Origin: a virus
IMG/VR virus record: IMGVR_UViG_3300042888_001055
Reading direction: 5' to 3' (one strand)
Length of the DNA stretch: 64,000 nt
Made by a program: the position numbers and the translations under genes. Below the pieces are notes generated by a model, which worked only from the letters and a program-made list of their open reading frames with translations, ran no database searches and was not told the DNA's origin. Shown one piece after another: positions 9,113 through 20,635 of the stretch; the first letter of the stretch is position 1; the number at the start of each line of letters is the position of its first letter.

Positions 9113-10443
9113 GTGCAAGTTGGATTAATAAATTAAACGAATCAGATAGCCGCCTTCATAAAGAAGATATCATTTTACAGGCGCTTGAGGCAAGTGTCCT
9201 AGGTAGCACTAATGCTCAGATTTTTCTGGGTTTGACTAAAGCTTGTTATAATCCCTACGTGACGTTTGGTGTAAGAAAAGTTCCTGATACAGCAGGCATC
9301 ATTGATGCTGAAAATCCTTGGAGTGAGTTTAATACATTACTTACTATGTTATCACAACGTGATTTGTCAGGTAATGCCGCACTAGATGCTATCAATGAAA
9401 TCAGTGAACGTTTTGATAGTATAGAATGGAATACATTCTGTGCTCCTGTTATTCGTAGAGATTTACGTGCAGGTATTAGTGACAAAACAATTAACAAAAT
9501 CTGTAAGAAAACAGAATATGAAATCCCTATCTTTGGTTGTCAACTAGCAACTAATAGTGAAGGTCGTCCTGAGATGAAAGGCACTAAACGTTTAGAGCCT
9601 AAGTTGGATGGTGTACGTGTATTGTTGATGGTTATACCTAGTGCAAGTGAGGGAGTAACTACTATTTGTTTCAGTCGTAATGGTAAAGTATTTGATAACT
9701 TTGGTCATATTGAAGAACAGATTAGCAACAACTTTGTTAAGATTGCTAGAGGACATCAGAACGCATTGATTAATGGATTTGTGTTAGATGGTGAAGTGAT
9801 TGGTAATACATTCCAGGAACTAATGCGACAAGCACGCCGCAAGACTGATGTACAAGCGGATGACAGTGTGTTTAATATCTTTGATATTATTCCTTTAAGT
9901 GATTTCCGTGAAGGTCATTGGAATGCTCAACTACGTAAACGTATTAATATACTTGAACATATTCGGCATGTAGTTGACACTATGCCTAATGTTGAACTAT
10001 TACCACATATTATGGTTGACTTAGATACAGCCGCAGGTAAGGATCAACTTGAACGTTATGCTAAGGATCAAGTTAATGCAGGATTTGAAGGCATTATGAT
10101 TAAAGAATTAGAGGCTCCGTATATCTGTAAGCGTAGTACTGACTGGATGAAATGGAAGCCAACATTAACTGTAGACTTGGAGGTCGTAGGTGTTGAAGAA
10201 GGTACTGGTAGAAACTTGGGAAGACTTGGAGCACTGGTTTGTCATGGAGTTGACGACGGGAAAGAAATTACAGTCAATGTGGGTAGTGGCTTTAGTGATG
10301 CTGATAGAGATGACTATTGGACTAACCGTAATTTGGTCATTGGTCGCACTGCTGAAGTCTTATGTGATGTGATTACACAGAATCAAGATGGAACATATAG
10401 TTTGCGTTTCCCCAGATTTGTTCGTTTCCGTGACGACAAGTGA
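9109..10443 (+). CDS. lig: ATP-dependent DNA ligase
   Basis: motif I EPKLDGVR, LDGEV, EGIMIK, SLRFPRF. Confidence 0.95.
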   Translation: MSASWINKLNESDSRLHKEDIILQALEASVLGSTNAQIFLGLTKACYNPYVTFGVRKVPDTAGIIDAENPWSEFNTLLTMLSQRDLSGNAALDAINEISERFDSIEWNTFCAPVIRRDLRAGISDKTINKICKKTEYEIPIFGCQLATNSEGRPEMKGTKRLEPKLDGVRVLLMVIPSASEGVTTICFSRNGKVFDNFGHIEEQISNNFVKIARGHQNALINGFVLDGEVIGNTFQELMRQARRKTDVQADDSVFNIFDIIPLSDFREGHWNAQLRKRINILEHIRHVVDTMPNVELLPHIMVDLDTAAGKDQLERYAKDQVNAGFEGIMIKELEAPYICKRSTDWMKWKPTLTVDLEVVGVEEGTGRNLGRLGALVCHGVDDGKEITVNVGSGFSDADRDDYWTNRNLVIGRTAEVLCDVITQNQDGTYSLRFPRFVRFRDDK

Positions 10444-10467
10444 TATAATTGAATATAGGAGAACATA

Positions 10468-11709
10468 ATGGTAACAATAGTTAAACACGAATGGCATCAA
10501 CATGATAGACAATATGCTATTGAGATTGATGAAGCACTATTAAGTGAAATTTATCCTGACTTAGATGAGGATGAGATTGCTGAAAAATTAAAGCAAATCG
10601 TAGACGGCGAGGTTGATTACGAAGATGTTATTAATGATGCCTATGAGAATGACGTAGAGATTGAATGGGAATTTCAATACGATGATTGTTGGACTGATCG
10701 TAAAGGTGGTTATGATGTTACCTATGAACTAGGTGATGAAGATAGTTGGCATAGTGAACCTGAGCCAGCACCACATACTCACAAATGTACTAATTGTAAG
10801 TGGACTGGTCAGAGTTATGATGCTGAATGGTCTTGGGTAGCTAAAGACGGAACTGAAATTGATGATCCTAGAAAAGTTTGCCCGTACTGTGAAAGTGACA
10901 CTGAGTTAACAGAAGCCGGTGTCATAGCAGAAAAAGAAAGTGCTGAACGTACAGCACGATGGGCTAAGGAAACTGAGGAAGAAGATGAAGAACTAGTTGA
11001 TGAAGCTGAACTAGAAGAAGCATTGGAAGAACTCAAAGCAGAGTTTAAAACATTGACTACAGAAGATGATGGTTCACTACAGGAAAGTTATCCCGAAGAT
11101 ACATACACCATTCGTGTTTGGGGTCGTACACGTGAGATCGGCGTACATAAGATTAAGAAACAACAATACGAACATTGGAGTAGTGAAGAACACGAAGATG
11201 ATTTGAGCGATGCACTTAATGAGAACTATGACTACGATGAGAACAAGACTCCTAAGGCGGCACAATTTGATTTGCCTTACTATGAGTATCAAGGTAAACA
11301 TTCGTTCTGGGGCTTTGACCAAGACGATACTCACATGACTATTGAGAATAGTGAAGGCGAGACAATCTATGATGGTGACATAGAATCGTTCTTTAGTGAC
11401 GCACACGGTGAAGAAGATAGTCGTTATGATTGCTCTGAAGAATTAGAAGAACTATATCCAGAACATCTAGGTAAGGGTTACTGGTTGATGTGGACTCAAG
11501 GTGGTAAAGGCTCTTGTATTCAAACTAGTATCGAGGGTGTGTTTGAACCTAAGAAACTTAAAGTATTTAATTGGGATATTCAAGGCACAAGTGTTATCAC
11601 ACGATTAGTATATGATGGTGATGAACTTGATGATGAAGGTATGGATGGCGAGCATGACAACTGGCGAGGTCAGTGGGCGCAGTTTGATGTATATCATAAT
11701 ACAAAATGA
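10468..11709 (+). CDS. very acidic protein with central CxxC..CxxC Zn ribbon
   Basis: CTNC/CPYC, D/E-rich throughout. Confidence 0.75.
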   Translation: MVTIVKHEWHQHDRQYAIEIDEALLSEIYPDLDEDEIAEKLKQIVDGEVDYEDVINDAYENDVEIEWEFQYDDCWTDRKGGYDVTYELGDEDSWHSEPEPAPHTHKCTNCKWTGQSYDAEWSWVAKDGTEIDDPRKVCPYCESDTELTEAGVIAEKESAERTARWAKETEEEDEELVDEAELEEALEELKAEFKTLTTEDDGSLQESYPEDTYTIRVWGRTREIGVHKIKKQQYEHWSSEEHEDDLSDALNENYDYDENKTPKAAQFDLPYYEYQGKHSFWGFDQDDTHMTIENSEGETIYDGDIESFFSDAHGEEDSRYDCSEELEELYPEHLGKGYWLMWTQGGKGSCIQTSIEGVFEPKKLKVFNWDIQGTSVITRLVYDGDELDDEGMDGEHDNWRGQWAQFDVYHNTK

Positions 11710-11918
11710 ACCCATTTGATTTAATTGGTAAGTCTTATGTATTTGAAGATGGTAACAAGATTGAAGTAATACAAGTAAAAAAGACTGACGAGGATCGTGG
11801 TGACTATTTAGTTACATATCATGTGACTCGCGGCCCTAATATACCTCAAAAACTTGTTTTACCTGTAGCTGAATTCCTTAGTTATTATAGTCACTTATTT
11901 GATATAACACCAGACTAA
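11706..11918 (+). CDS. hypothetical protein
   Basis: coupled ORF. Confidence 0.65.
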   Translation: MNPFDLIGKSYVFEDGNKIEVIQVKKTDEDRGDYLVTYHVTRGPNIPQKLVLPVAEFLSYYSHLFDITPD

Positions 11919-11925
11919 ATATTAG

Positions 11926-13461
11926 ATGCGCCTTAATTTTTTATCATTCTCAAATCTCACACTATTAGTAGCACTATCACTTAGTTCAGTAGCTGCCTGG
12001 TATAGTATCATCGGCTTAACCGCTATCTTTGCAGGTGCGGTTATTCCCGTTATCATTATGGGGGGTATTCTTGAAGTAGGAAAGATCACCACAATTGTTT
12101 GGCTACGCAAGTACTGGAATCGTTGTGGCTTTATGCTCAAGCTCTATCTAGTACCTGCAGTAGTTGCATTGGCATTACTTACCTCTATGGGTATCTTTGG
12201 CTTTTTAAGTAAAGCACATATGGAACAAGGTATCTCCACCGGTGATAGTCAAGCCAAACTATCCCTCTATGATGAAAAGATTAAAACACAACGAGACAAC
12301 ATTGAGTTAGCCCGTAAAGCATTAACTCAAATGGACAATCAAGTTGACCAACGATTGAGTCGTGGTGATAGTGAAACAAGTGCTGAACGTGCTGTTCAAA
12401 TTCGTAGACAACAAGCAGGCGAGCGTACTAAACTACAAAAAGAAATAGGTGATGCTCAAAAAGAAATTGCTAAACTAAATGAAGAACGAGCACCTATTGC
12501 GGCAGAGAATCGTAAGATTGAAGCTGAAGTAGGACCTATTAAATACATTGCCGCATTGATATACGGTGATAATGCTGATAACAATATGTTAGAGGCAGCG
12601 GTACGTTGGGTTATTATTTTATTGGTCATTGTATTTGATCCATTAGCTATTGCACTTGTACTTGCGGCTAATGCAAGTAAAGAATGGGATAAAGAAAAAG
12701 AAGATGAGGAGGGTGACAGCCCTCTAGGGAATGAAACACCATCGACTCCCACTGTCACTGAACCTGAATATGAACAAGACGATGGTCCGTTAACTGATGA
12801 ACAGATTAAACAGATTATTGCAATGGCGGGAACCCCCAAACATCCTATTAACTGCTACATGTGCGGTACTGAATTGGTAAACGCTACTGGCATCGGTCTA
12901 TTCTGTCCAAACAAATTATGTGATGTTAGAGATGGACCTTTTGAAGAAGAATCAATACTAGAACAACATCCTTACTTAAGTAAACCGTTTGTTCATTTTG
13001 ATACTAAGCCAATGGTCGCTCCAAAAGAAGAACCAATTGAAGAAATAGATACAGAAGTATTACTTGAACCATCAAAACCTTATAAGGAATTAGAAGGTGG
13101 ATATGTAATGTTTGAGGATAAGCATTACCAAATGGATGCATTAAAGAGTTTACGCCCAGACGTATTTATGGTAACGGCTGACAGTCAACGGACTATTAGT
13201 ACAAATTTTGGAATAAAATTTCCAGATGTTGCCAATAAAGGAGACGTATTTGTAAGGGTAGATTCATTACCAAACCATGTTTACAAGTATGATGGTCGCA
13301 AATGGATTGAGATACAAAAGGACCAATCAGATACCTATCTGCACAACCAAAAATATATCAAATATTTGGTTGAAAAGATAGAAAAGGGCGAATATGATTT
13401 GGATTTGTTGTCCGAAACTGAAAAAGAACAGATAGAATTGTTCCTAAAGAATCAAAAATAA
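11926..13461 (+). CDS. membrane protein with coiled coil
   Basis: 3 N-terminal TM helices, coiled coil, 4th TM (IVFDPLA). Confidence 0.8.
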   Translation: MRLNFLSFSNLTLLVALSLSSVAAWYSIIGLTAIFAGAVIPVIIMGGILEVGKITTIVWLRKYWNRCGFMLKLYLVPAVVALALLTSMGIFGFLSKAHMEQGISTGDSQAKLSLYDEKIKTQRDNIELARKALTQMDNQVDQRLSRGDSETSAERAVQIRRQQAGERTKLQKEIGDAQKEIAKLNEERAPIAAENRKIEAEVGPIKYIAALIYGDNADNNMLEAAVRWVIILLVIVFDPLAIALVLAANASKEWDKEKEDEEGDSPLGNETPSTPTVTEPEYEQDDGPLTDEQIKQIIAMAGTPKHPINCYMCGTELVNATGIGLFCPNKLCDVRDGPFEEESILEQHPYLSKPFVHFDTKPMVAPKEEPIEEIDTEVLLEPSKPYKELEGGYVMFEDKHYQMDALKSLRPDVFMVTADSQRTISTNFGIKFPDVANKGDVFVRVDSLPNHVYKYDGRKWIEIQKDQSDTYLHNQKYIKYLVEKIEKGEYDLDLLSETEKEQIELFLKNQK

Positions 13462-13519
13462 TTGACAATAATTGGATAGTGTGTTAATATACACGTATCT
13501 TAACTTATTGGAGATTGAA

Positions 13520-14155
13520 ATGACTTTCAAATTATTAGCTTTAGTAACTGCTCTTTCACTAGCGGGCTGTTCTGGCATGAAACGGGGTGAGGGTGAATTT
13601 GAACAAATTCGTAATCAAAAACTATCCACCTCATTTAAACAAGATACTATTCGTATTGAAACTGATTGTGCTTGGTACACACTAAACAAATCAAATTGTG
13701 AGGTTATTAGTATTGAGTCTGTAGGTACTGCTAGTTCTAATGGCAATAGTGAAAACAACCGCCGAACAGCATTGATTCGTGCAGGTGATCGTGCCCGTGC
13801 AGGTGTACGTCACTTTATTCAGGAAGATGTTTCTAGTACACGTGTTCAAAACACACTTGCCAAGAATGTTGAAAAAGCAAACGATAGAATGAAATCTCGC
13901 ACAACAACAGGAGAAGTTGTTGCAATGAGTGATACTGATGCTGAAAAAGACACTAATCATTCAATCCGTGAAAATAGCAATGACACCGCTTATCAATTAA
14001 GTGAAACTATTCGGGTTAATGCTCAGGGTATTTTACGAGGTTTTAAAGTAATTAAACAAGAAGTTGTTGGAGCACAGGAAGTAGCTGTAACAATTCGCTG
14101 GGATAAAGAATCCGAAAAAGTTTCAAATCAATTGCGTAAAAAATTCGGTAACTGA
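13520..14155 (+). CDS. lipoprotein (LPP20-like)
   Basis: lipobox LAGC; GGAG RBS before ATG 13520. Confidence 0.7.
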   Translation: MTFKLLALVTALSLAGCSGMKRGEGEFEQIRNQKLSTSFKQDTIRIETDCAWYTLNKSNCEVISIESVGTASSNGNSENNRRTALIRAGDRARAGVRHFIQEDVSSTRVQNTLAKNVEKANDRMKSRTTTGEVVAMSDTDAEKDTNHSIRENSNDTAYQLSETIRVNAQGILRGFKVIKQEVVGAQEVAVTIRWDKESEKVSNQLRKKFGN

Positions 14156-14157
14156 TT

Positions 14158-15165
14158 ATGCGTTTATTGTTGATAGCGGTATGTTTTATACTTACCGCAT
14201 GTGCTTCTACCTCTAAATCTGATAATTACATTCGTACTACCGGTCTAGGTAATACTTACGAAGAAGCAAAAACTAATGCGTTTAAGGAAGCAATTGAATA
14301 CCAAGTAGGTGTAGTAATTGCTAGTGAACGTGAATCATACAATGACAAACTTATTAAAAATGAAATACTAGCCTACAGTTCAGCGTTTGTTGATGAGTAT
14401 AAAATTATCTCACAACAAAACATCGGTAATAAGGTTCAAGTAGTAGTGGATGTTAAGTTGTCCCTATTAAGAATAAGTGATAGGATTCTTTCTAAGGGTA
14501 AGGATAGTAAAAATCTTGATGGTACTAAACATAATAGCCAATATAAATCCTTCCTAGAGAACAAACAAAATGGTGATAGGATACTTGCTAGTGTATTGAA
14601 CGATTATCCTAAACGGGCATATGATATCAAGCAGAGTAATTATATTGTTAAGATAGATACATACAGGAATTTAACATTAACTATTCCCTATACATTATCT
14701 TGGAATCCAAATTATGTAGCATCATTAAATGACGCTATAAAAATAGTAGCAGATGGTAAACCATCACTTTGGACGGCAGAAAAAGGATTTGCTCAACAGT
14801 ATCCTGCTATGATCCGAGTAGGGTCCGAAAAATATTACTTTAACGAATTTGTTATTCCTAATAAAATTTTAGATTCTTTTATGGATTGGAATGAAGTTAG
14901 AATTAATATGGAAATTAAAGACCTATATAATAAAACACAATATAGTGAATGTTTTGTTCCTAAACAATTACATAGTAGAGTGGGGGATTATTATAATATT
15001 AATTATGTAAAAACAATTAACGTTGGTATTAATAGAACAGCCAGTGAACAAGCTAGTATTAAGGTAAAAATTCAACAGAATAGTAAGTTAGCATATTTTA
15101 TGCAAAATTTATCTAAAATTGAATTATCAGTAGTACCTAAAAAAGTGTGTGTGAAAAATAATTAA
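14158..15165 (+). CDS. lipoprotein
   Basis: lipobox LTAC; G..YEEA..NA..EAIE motif. Confidence 0.7.
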   Translation: MRLLLIAVCFILTACASTSKSDNYIRTTGLGNTYEEAKTNAFKEAIEYQVGVVIASERESYNDKLIKNEILAYSSAFVDEYKIISQQNIGNKVQVVVDVKLSLLRISDRILSKGKDSKNLDGTKHNSQYKSFLENKQNGDRILASVLNDYPKRAYDIKQSNYIVKIDTYRNLTLTIPYTLSWNPNYVASLNDAIKIVADGKPSLWTAEKGFAQQYPAMIRVGSEKYYFNEFVIPNKILDSFMDWNEVRINMEIKDLYNKTQYSECFVPKQLHSRVGDYYNINYVKTINVGINRTASEQASIKVKIQQNSKLAYFMQNLSKIELSVVPKKVCVKNN

Positions 15166-15178
15166 GATAAGTATTAAT

Positions 15179-16384
15179 ATGTCAACAGAAACAAAATTAA
15201 GTCATTGCTCATTCTGCGGTAATCATAAAGATACCGTTAATAAATTAATCGTCGGAGAAGATGTTGCTATTTGTAGCGACTGTATTGAGTTATGTACTCA
15301 ATTAATGGTAGATGAAAATAATACTTCAGATGAGGTCATTGAAAAAGACCATCTTAGATATGATCCAGAAACTATTAAAGATTTCTTAGACCAACATATT
15401 ATTGGTCAAATTAATGCTAAAATGGTTCTTAGTGTAGCTATCGCTAATCACTATAAACGTATTAACAATCCTCCTAAAGATTTAGAGATACATAAGGGCA
15501 ATGTATTATTGATCGGACCAACTGGTTCAGGTAAAACCTTGCTTGCTAAAACAGTAGCAAAATATCTCAAAGTGCCCTTCATTGTTGCTGATGCTACAAG
15601 TTTAACAGAAGCCGGATATGTAGGTGATGATGTTGAATCAATGATTAGTATGCTAGTCAACGCTGCCGGGGGAGATCCTAAGTTAGCAGAACGTGGTATA
15701 GTGTTTGTTGATGAGATTGACAAGATTGCCCGTAAGAGTGAGGGTGCTAGTATTACCCGTGACGTATCAGGTGAAGGCGTCCAGCAAGCATTATTGAAGA
15801 TGGTTGAAGGTACTGTATGTCGTATTCCAGCAGGTGGTGGACGTAAACATCCTAGCGGTGATATGATTGAAGTTAATACAAAAGACATTCTGTTCATTGC
15901 GGGCGGAGCTTTTGTTGGATTAAAGGATATTGTTAACAATAGGATAAATGGAACTAGTATTGGATTTGGTGCTGATATTAAGGACTCACGTAAAGATGGT
16001 GATTTATCTATGGTTAGTCCAGATGATTTAACACGATTTGGAATGATTCCTGAATTCATTGGACGTTTCACTACTACAGTTAATGTAGATAATTTGACTA
16101 AAGATGAAATGATTCAGGTTCTAACCAAAGTTAAAAACAACTATATTGACCAATATAAATATCTATTAAGTTTAGATGACATTGAATTAGATTTTACAGA
16201 AGATGCCATCTCACAACTAGCCGAAAATACAATGAAATTAAAGACCGGTGCCCGTGGTTTACATACAGAGATTGAAAAGGTTTTGATGCCTCATATGTAT
16301 AACACTAAGAAGTACCGTGAAAATAACATTAAAAAGATAAATATTAATCAGGAGCAAATTTTACAGCCAAAAGCCGCAATATGA
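15179..16384 (+). CDS. clpX: ATP-dependent Clp protease ATPase subunit ClpX
   Basis: CSFCG Zn domain, [30 protein letters not shown] loop. Confidence 0.97.
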   Translation: MSTETKLSHCSFCGNHKDTVNKLIVGEDVAICSDCIELCTQLMVDENNTSDEVIEKDHLRYDPETIKDFLDQHIIGQINAKMVLSVAIANHYKRINNPPKDLEIHKGNVLLIGPTGSGKTLLAKTVAKYLKVPFIVADATSLTEAGYVGDDVESMISMLVNAAGGDPKLAERGIVFVDEIDKIARKSEGASITRDVSGEGVQQALLKMVEGTVCRIPAGGGRKHPSGDMIEVNTKDILFIAGGAFVGLKDIVNNRINGTSIGFGADIKDSRKDGDLSMVSPDDLTRFGMIPEFIGRFTTTVNVDNLTKDEMIQVLTKVKNNYIDQYKYLLSLDDIELDFTEDAISQLAENTMKLKTGARGLHTEIEKVLMPHMYNTKKYRENNIKKININQEQILQPKAAI

Positions 16385-16599
16385 TTAGAGGACGAAAAGT
16401 TTTAGTTAATGACGGAAATACAGAAAAGGCCTTACGTAAGTTCAAGAAAATGATTACAGATTATGGTACTTTACAAGAAACCCGTGACCGACAAGAATTT
16501 GTGAAACCTACTGTTAAACGTAAACTAGCTAAAAGTCAAGCTAAAAGACGTTGGGACAAATATTTGCGTGACCAGCAATTGCCTAAAAAGTTGTACTAA
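16381..16599 (+). CDS. rpsU: ribosomal protein bS21
   Basis: EKALRKFKK...[10 protein letters not shown]. Confidence 0.88.
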   Translation: MIRGRKVLVNDGNTEKALRKFKKMITDYGTLQETRDRQEFVKPTVKRKLAKSQAKRRWDKYLRDQQLPKKLY

Positions 16600-16650
16600 T
16601 TTCCCTAAATAATATATTTTTTTACACAATCTATTATAATAAATACTTTT

Positions 16651-16707
16651 CTGTAGATGCCTAACGGGTCTATAGAGAAAAAATCTTGCTTTACAAAGGA
16701 GAAAACT
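16651..16707 (+). promoter_or_regulatory. ROSE-like RNA thermometer in dnaK leader
   Basis: hairpin 1 plus TCTTGCTTT-ACA-AAGGAGA sequestering the SD with a bulged G. Confidence 0.6.
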
Positions 16708-18603
16708 ATGAGCAAAGTAATCGGTATCGATCTAGGTACCACAAATTCATGTGTAGCCGTTATTGAAAACGGAATCCCCAAAATAATTGAAAATAGTGAA
16801 GGTGCAAGAACTACACCCTCAATCGTTGCCTATGCCAATGATGAGATTCTAGTAGGTGCAAGTGCCAAACGTCAATCAGTTACAAATCCCAAAAATACTA
16901 TCTACGCTGCCAAGCGATTAATTGGACGTAAGTTCACAGAAAACGCTGTTCAAAAAGATATTGATTTAATGCCATATAAAATCGTTAAAAACGAGAATGG
17001 TGATGCATGGGTGGAAGTATTAGATAAAAAATTAGCACCTCCGCAAATTAGTGCTGAAGTACTACGCAAAATGAAAAAGACTGCGGAAGACTATTTGGGT
17101 ACAACGGTTACTCAAGCAGTTATCACAGTGCCAGCTTACTTCAATGATAGTCAACGTCAAGCTACTAAAGATGCAGGACGTATTGCAGGATTAGAAGTAT
17201 TACGTATTATTAACGAACCTACAGCGGCTGCTCTAGCATACGGTGTAGATAAACAAGATAAAACGGATCGCAAGATTGCTGTCTATGACTTGGGTGGTGG
17301 TACATTTGACGTATCTATTATTGAATTAGCAGATGTTGAGGGCGAAACTCAAATTGAAGTATTATCAACTAACGGTGATACATTCTTAGGTGGTGAAGAC
17401 TTTGACCAACGTATCATGGATTATTTGGTTGATGAGTTTAAGAAAGACAATGCGGTTGATCTTAAGAAAGATATGCTAGCACTACAGCGTTTAAAAGAAG
17501 CGGCTGAGAAGGCTAAGATTGAATTGTCAAGTTCAGCACAAACAGATGTTAACTTACCATATATTACAGCCGATGCTAATGGTCCTAAACATTTGAATGT
17601 TAAGTTAAGTCGTGCTAAATTAGAATCATTAGTTGATGAATTAATTCAACGTAGTATTCAACCATGTAAGCAAGCAATGACTGATGCAGGTGTTTCTACA
17701 TCTGATATTGACGAAGTTATTCTTGTTGGTGGTATGACACGTATGCCAAAAGTACAAGAAATTGTTGAATCATTGTTCGGTAAAGCACCTCGCAAGGATG
17801 TTAATCCAGACGAGGCAGTGGCAGCGGGTGCGGCACTTCAAGGTAGTGTGTTAGCCGGTGAACGTACAGATGTATTGTTACTTGATGTTACCCCATTAAG
17901 TTTGGGTATTGAAACATCAGGCGGTGTGTTTACTAAGTTGATTAAGAAGAATACAACTATTCCAACTAAACATTCACAAGTGTTTTCAACAGCAGATGAC
18001 AATCAACCAGCTGTAACTATTAAGGTTGCACAAGGTGAACGTGATTTGTTTACATACAATAAGATATTAGGTGAATTTAATTTAGAGGGTATTCCACCTT
18101 CAATGCGTGGTGTTCCTCAGATTGAAGTTACATTAGATATTGATGCTAATGGAATTCTTAATGTCAGTGCCAAAGACAAAGGTACAGGCAAAGAAAATAA
18201 AATCACTATCAAATCAGATTCAGGACTAACTGAAAAAGAAATTCAACAGATGGTTAATGATGCTGAAGAAAATGCTGAGGCTGATGCTAAACAAGTTAAA
18301 TTCATTCAAGCAAAAAATAGCGGTGAATCAACATTAAATAGTTTCCGTAAAGACTATGAAAAATACGGTGACAAAGTTACAGCAGAAGAAAAAGAAAAAG
18401 CATCTAATGCTATTGATGCACTAGAAGTTGCATTAGCTGGGTCTGAAGTTGAAGAAATTGACAACAAGGTCAAAGAACTATATGAAGCTATTGGTCCTAT
18501 TACTAAAGTTAAATCTGAAGAGGAACAAAAAGCTAAAGAAACATCTGAATCACAAAAATCTGACGACAATGTGGTAGATGCAGAGGTTAAGGAATCAACT
18601 TAA
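16708..18603 (+). CDS. dnaK: Hsp70 chaperone DnaK
   Basis: [31 protein letters not shown] tail; start at MSKVIG. Confidence 0.98.
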   Translation: MSKVIGIDLGTTNSCVAVIENGIPKIIENSEGARTTPSIVAYANDEILVGASAKRQSVTNPKNTIYAAKRLIGRKFTENAVQKDIDLMPYKIVKNENGDAWVEVLDKKLAPPQISAEVLRKMKKTAEDYLGTTVTQAVITVPAYFNDSQRQATKDAGRIAGLEVLRIINEPTAAALAYGVDKQDKTDRKIAVYDLGGGTFDVSIIELADVEGETQIEVLSTNGDTFLGGEDFDQRIMDYLVDEFKKDNAVDLKKDMLALQRLKEAAEKAKIELSSSAQTDVNLPYITADANGPKHLNVKLSRAKLESLVDELIQRSIQPCKQAMTDAGVSTSDIDEVILVGGMTRMPKVQEIVESLFGKAPRKDVNPDEAVAAGAALQGSVLAGERTDVLLLDVTPLSLGIETSGGVFTKLIKKNTTIPTKHSQVFSTADDNQPAVTIKVAQGERDLFTYNKILGEFNLEGIPPSMRGVPQIEVTLDIDANGILNVSAKDKGTGKENKITIKSDSGLTEKEIQQMVNDAEENAEADAKQVKFIQAKNSGESTLNSFRKDYEKYGDKVTAEEKEKASNAIDALEVALAGSEVEEIDNKVKELYEAIGPITKVKSEEEQKAKETSESQKSDDNVVDAEVKEST

Positions 18604-18613
18604 TCTAAACAAC

Positions 18614-18673
18614 ATTGGGTGCCGCATTCGGCGGGCCCGATATCGTCATAAACTTGCTTATTAGGAGAAAAAC
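18614..18673 (+). promoter_or_regulatory. ROSE-like RNA thermometer in hsp20 leader
   Basis: hairpin 1 plus CTTGCT-TATT-AGGAG. Confidence 0.7.
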
Positions 18674-19123
18674 ATGACAACAAAAACACTAACCCTTCGT
18701 GCTATTGATATCCCATCAATTCACAAATTTGGAATCGGATTTGATTCCATGCTAGATGAGTTACTACGGGTAACTGCTGGACAAACAAATACCAATTATC
18801 CACCTCACAACGTTATTAAAACAGGTGAGGAGACTGTCACTATTGAGGTCGCTGTGGCTGGTTTTGGGGAAAGTGATTTAGATATTAAATTAGATAACAA
18901 TGCATTAATTATATCTGGATCAAAAGCACGTGAAGAAATGCTCAACTATGAATATTTACATAGAGGATTGAGTAATAGAGATTTTACACAAACATTCCCA
19001 TTAGCTGAACATGTAGAAGTAATACATGCTGAAGTAAAGAACGGAATTCTTTCTGTTTATTTAGAACGCAAAGTTCCAGAAGAAAAGAAGCCAAAATCTA
19101 TTGCAATAACTTATACTAAGTAA
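18674..19123 (+). CDS. small heat-shock protein Hsp20/IbpA family
   Basis: NYPPHN, EVAVAGF, YLHRGL, NGILSV. Confidence 0.95.
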   Translation: MTTKTLTLRAIDIPSIHKFGIGFDSMLDELLRVTAGQTNTNYPPHNVIKTGEETVTIEVAVAGFGESDLDIKLDNNALIISGSKAREEMLNYEYLHRGLSNRDFTQTFPLAEHVEVIHAEVKNGILSVYLERKVPEEKKPKSIAITYTK

Positions 19124-19185
19124 TATAATAAAACTTCTATAAATAAGAGTGCGGGGAAACTCGCACTCACAACTAAATTAAATCT

Positions 19186-19494
19186 ATGGCAAAAACAGAA
19201 ATTAAAACCACAATTAAACCAAACTTGAGTTTAGTAGAACCCCCATTATTCAAAATCATTTATTTGAATGATGAAGTAACCAGTATGGAATTTGTTGTGA
19301 GTAGTTTAATTGAATATTTCAATTATACTGATGATACCGCAGTACATATTACAGAAAATATTCATAGTAATGGTAGTGCAGTTGTTGCTGTCTTACCCTA
19401 CGAAATTGCCGAACAAAAAGGTATTGAAGTAACGGTATTAGCACGTAGTCAAGGCTACCCTCTACAAGTTAAAGTAGAGTCCGAGACTACTTAA
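19186..19494 (+). CDS. clpS: Clp adaptor ClpS
   Basis: PPLFKIIYLNDEVTSMEFVV, H..G.AVV, YEIAEQK, YPL. Confidence 0.9.
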   Translation: MAKTEIKTTIKPNLSLVEPPLFKIIYLNDEVTSMEFVVSSLIEYFNYTDDTAVHITENIHSNGSAVVAVLPYEIAEQKGIEVTVLARSQGYPLQVKVESETT

Positions 19495-20183
19495 ATTTCT
19501 ATTCTCTTAGCCCAATACGGGTTTCTTTTATAATAACTGTTGTTAATGTAGTTGATCCCATCAATTACAATATCAACAGTTTTGTCATAATCGCCGTATA
19601 TCCAATGAGTTACTTTACTTTCTAGGTCTTTGATTAGTGATAATTTAAGTGGAGGAATTGAATATATTATATCAGGTTCTTCTCCAAATAATAATTCATA
19701 GCTAGGAGCTGAGTGGCTAACTACTATGATTTTCTTCACATCTAGATGTAGCTGAAGTTTTTCTATAGCATTACTTAAATAACCAATGTCTTGATATCGT
19801 TCCTGTTCTATAGCATCAATTGGTAGTAAAGGATATTTATCCTCTAGAGTTAACCAACCATTAGACCCTACAATAGCAATACCATCTATAATGACTACAT
19901 GGTTATGTAAATAAGCTACGTTGCGTATGCTTTTACATAAGTTGAAAAGTTCGTCTGTGCGATGTGCTAGATTAGTCACACCTTCATATTCTAATGTTCC
20001 TGCGGTGTAGAACACACCTTGATAAAAATGTGATAAATGTAATAGGATTTGATGTATAGTACGTAAATCATTACTGATGTTACCTGCTATAATACAATAG
20101 AGACTTGTCGCTTTTCCTTCCCACCCAAATAGTTCATTGGGCTTAAGATTCAAGTCACTAATTACATCAAATCCTATTTTCAT
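19491..20183 (-). CDS. metallophosphoesterase-fold protein with degenerate metal ligands
   Basis: SDLN, GNI, GTLE, HSAP, YGD versus canonical DLH, GD, GNHE, HHAP, HGH. Confidence 0.7.
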   Translation of the reverse strand: MKIGFDVISDLNLKPNELFGWEGKATSLYCIIAGNISNDLRTIHQILLHLSHFYQGVFYTAGTLEYEGVTNLAHRTDELFNLCKSIRNVAYLHNHVVIIDGIAIVGSNGWLTLEDKYPLLPIDAIEQERYQDIGYLSNAIEKLQLHLDVKKIIVVSHSAPSYELLFGEEPDIIYSIPPLKLSLIKDLESKVTHWIYGDYDKTVDIVIDGINYINNSYYKRNPYWAKRIEI

Positions 20184-20198
20184 TAATCAAATCAATAG

Positions 20199-20537
20199 TT
20201 ATTTTGCTACTGACACTTTTGGCTTAGCAGGGGCTTTAGCAGTTTTTGCCGGGGCTTTAGCTGGTGCTTTGGCAGCTGTTTTAGCAGGTGCCTTAGGTTT
20301 AGCGGCCGCTCTAGGCTTAGCCGGTGCCATGGCTTTTGTTGCAGGTGCTACAATTGATAAAGCTTCTGTTCCAGCAGGTAGTGCTTCTACTTTAGGTGCC
20401 TCAACCTTAACTGGCTCTTCTACCGGAGCAGGTGCTTCTACCTTATAAGGTGCCGCTACTTCTGTTGTCTTTCCATCACGCATGAAAAAGAACCAAGCTA
20501 CGCCGCCCAAAATAACCAATCCTATAATAATTTCCAT
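20199..20537 (-). CDS. membrane-anchored Pro/Ala/Lys-rich protein
   Basis: N-terminal TM helix, KAPAK repeats. Confidence 0.75.
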   Translation of the reverse strand: MEIIIGLVILGGVAWFFFMRDGKTTEVAAPYKVEAPAPVEEPVKVEAPKVEALPAGTEALSIVAPATKAMAPAKPRAAAKPKAPAKTAAKAPAKAPAKTAKAPAKPKVSVAK

Positions 20538-20635
20538 TTAATTTCTCCTAAACATATATTTACTCTAGGACAATAAATTGGTTATTTTTCCTAATATATT
20601 GCTAGATTACAGGGTCCTGCTACAATAAATATAGT

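Noticed and set aside
19147-19168. GAGTGCGGGGAAACTCGCACTC resembles group II intron domain V
   Set aside because: Only the upper GNRA stem-loop; catalytic triad stem, other domains and RT are absent. More likely a leader hairpin after the TATAAATA promoter of clpS.
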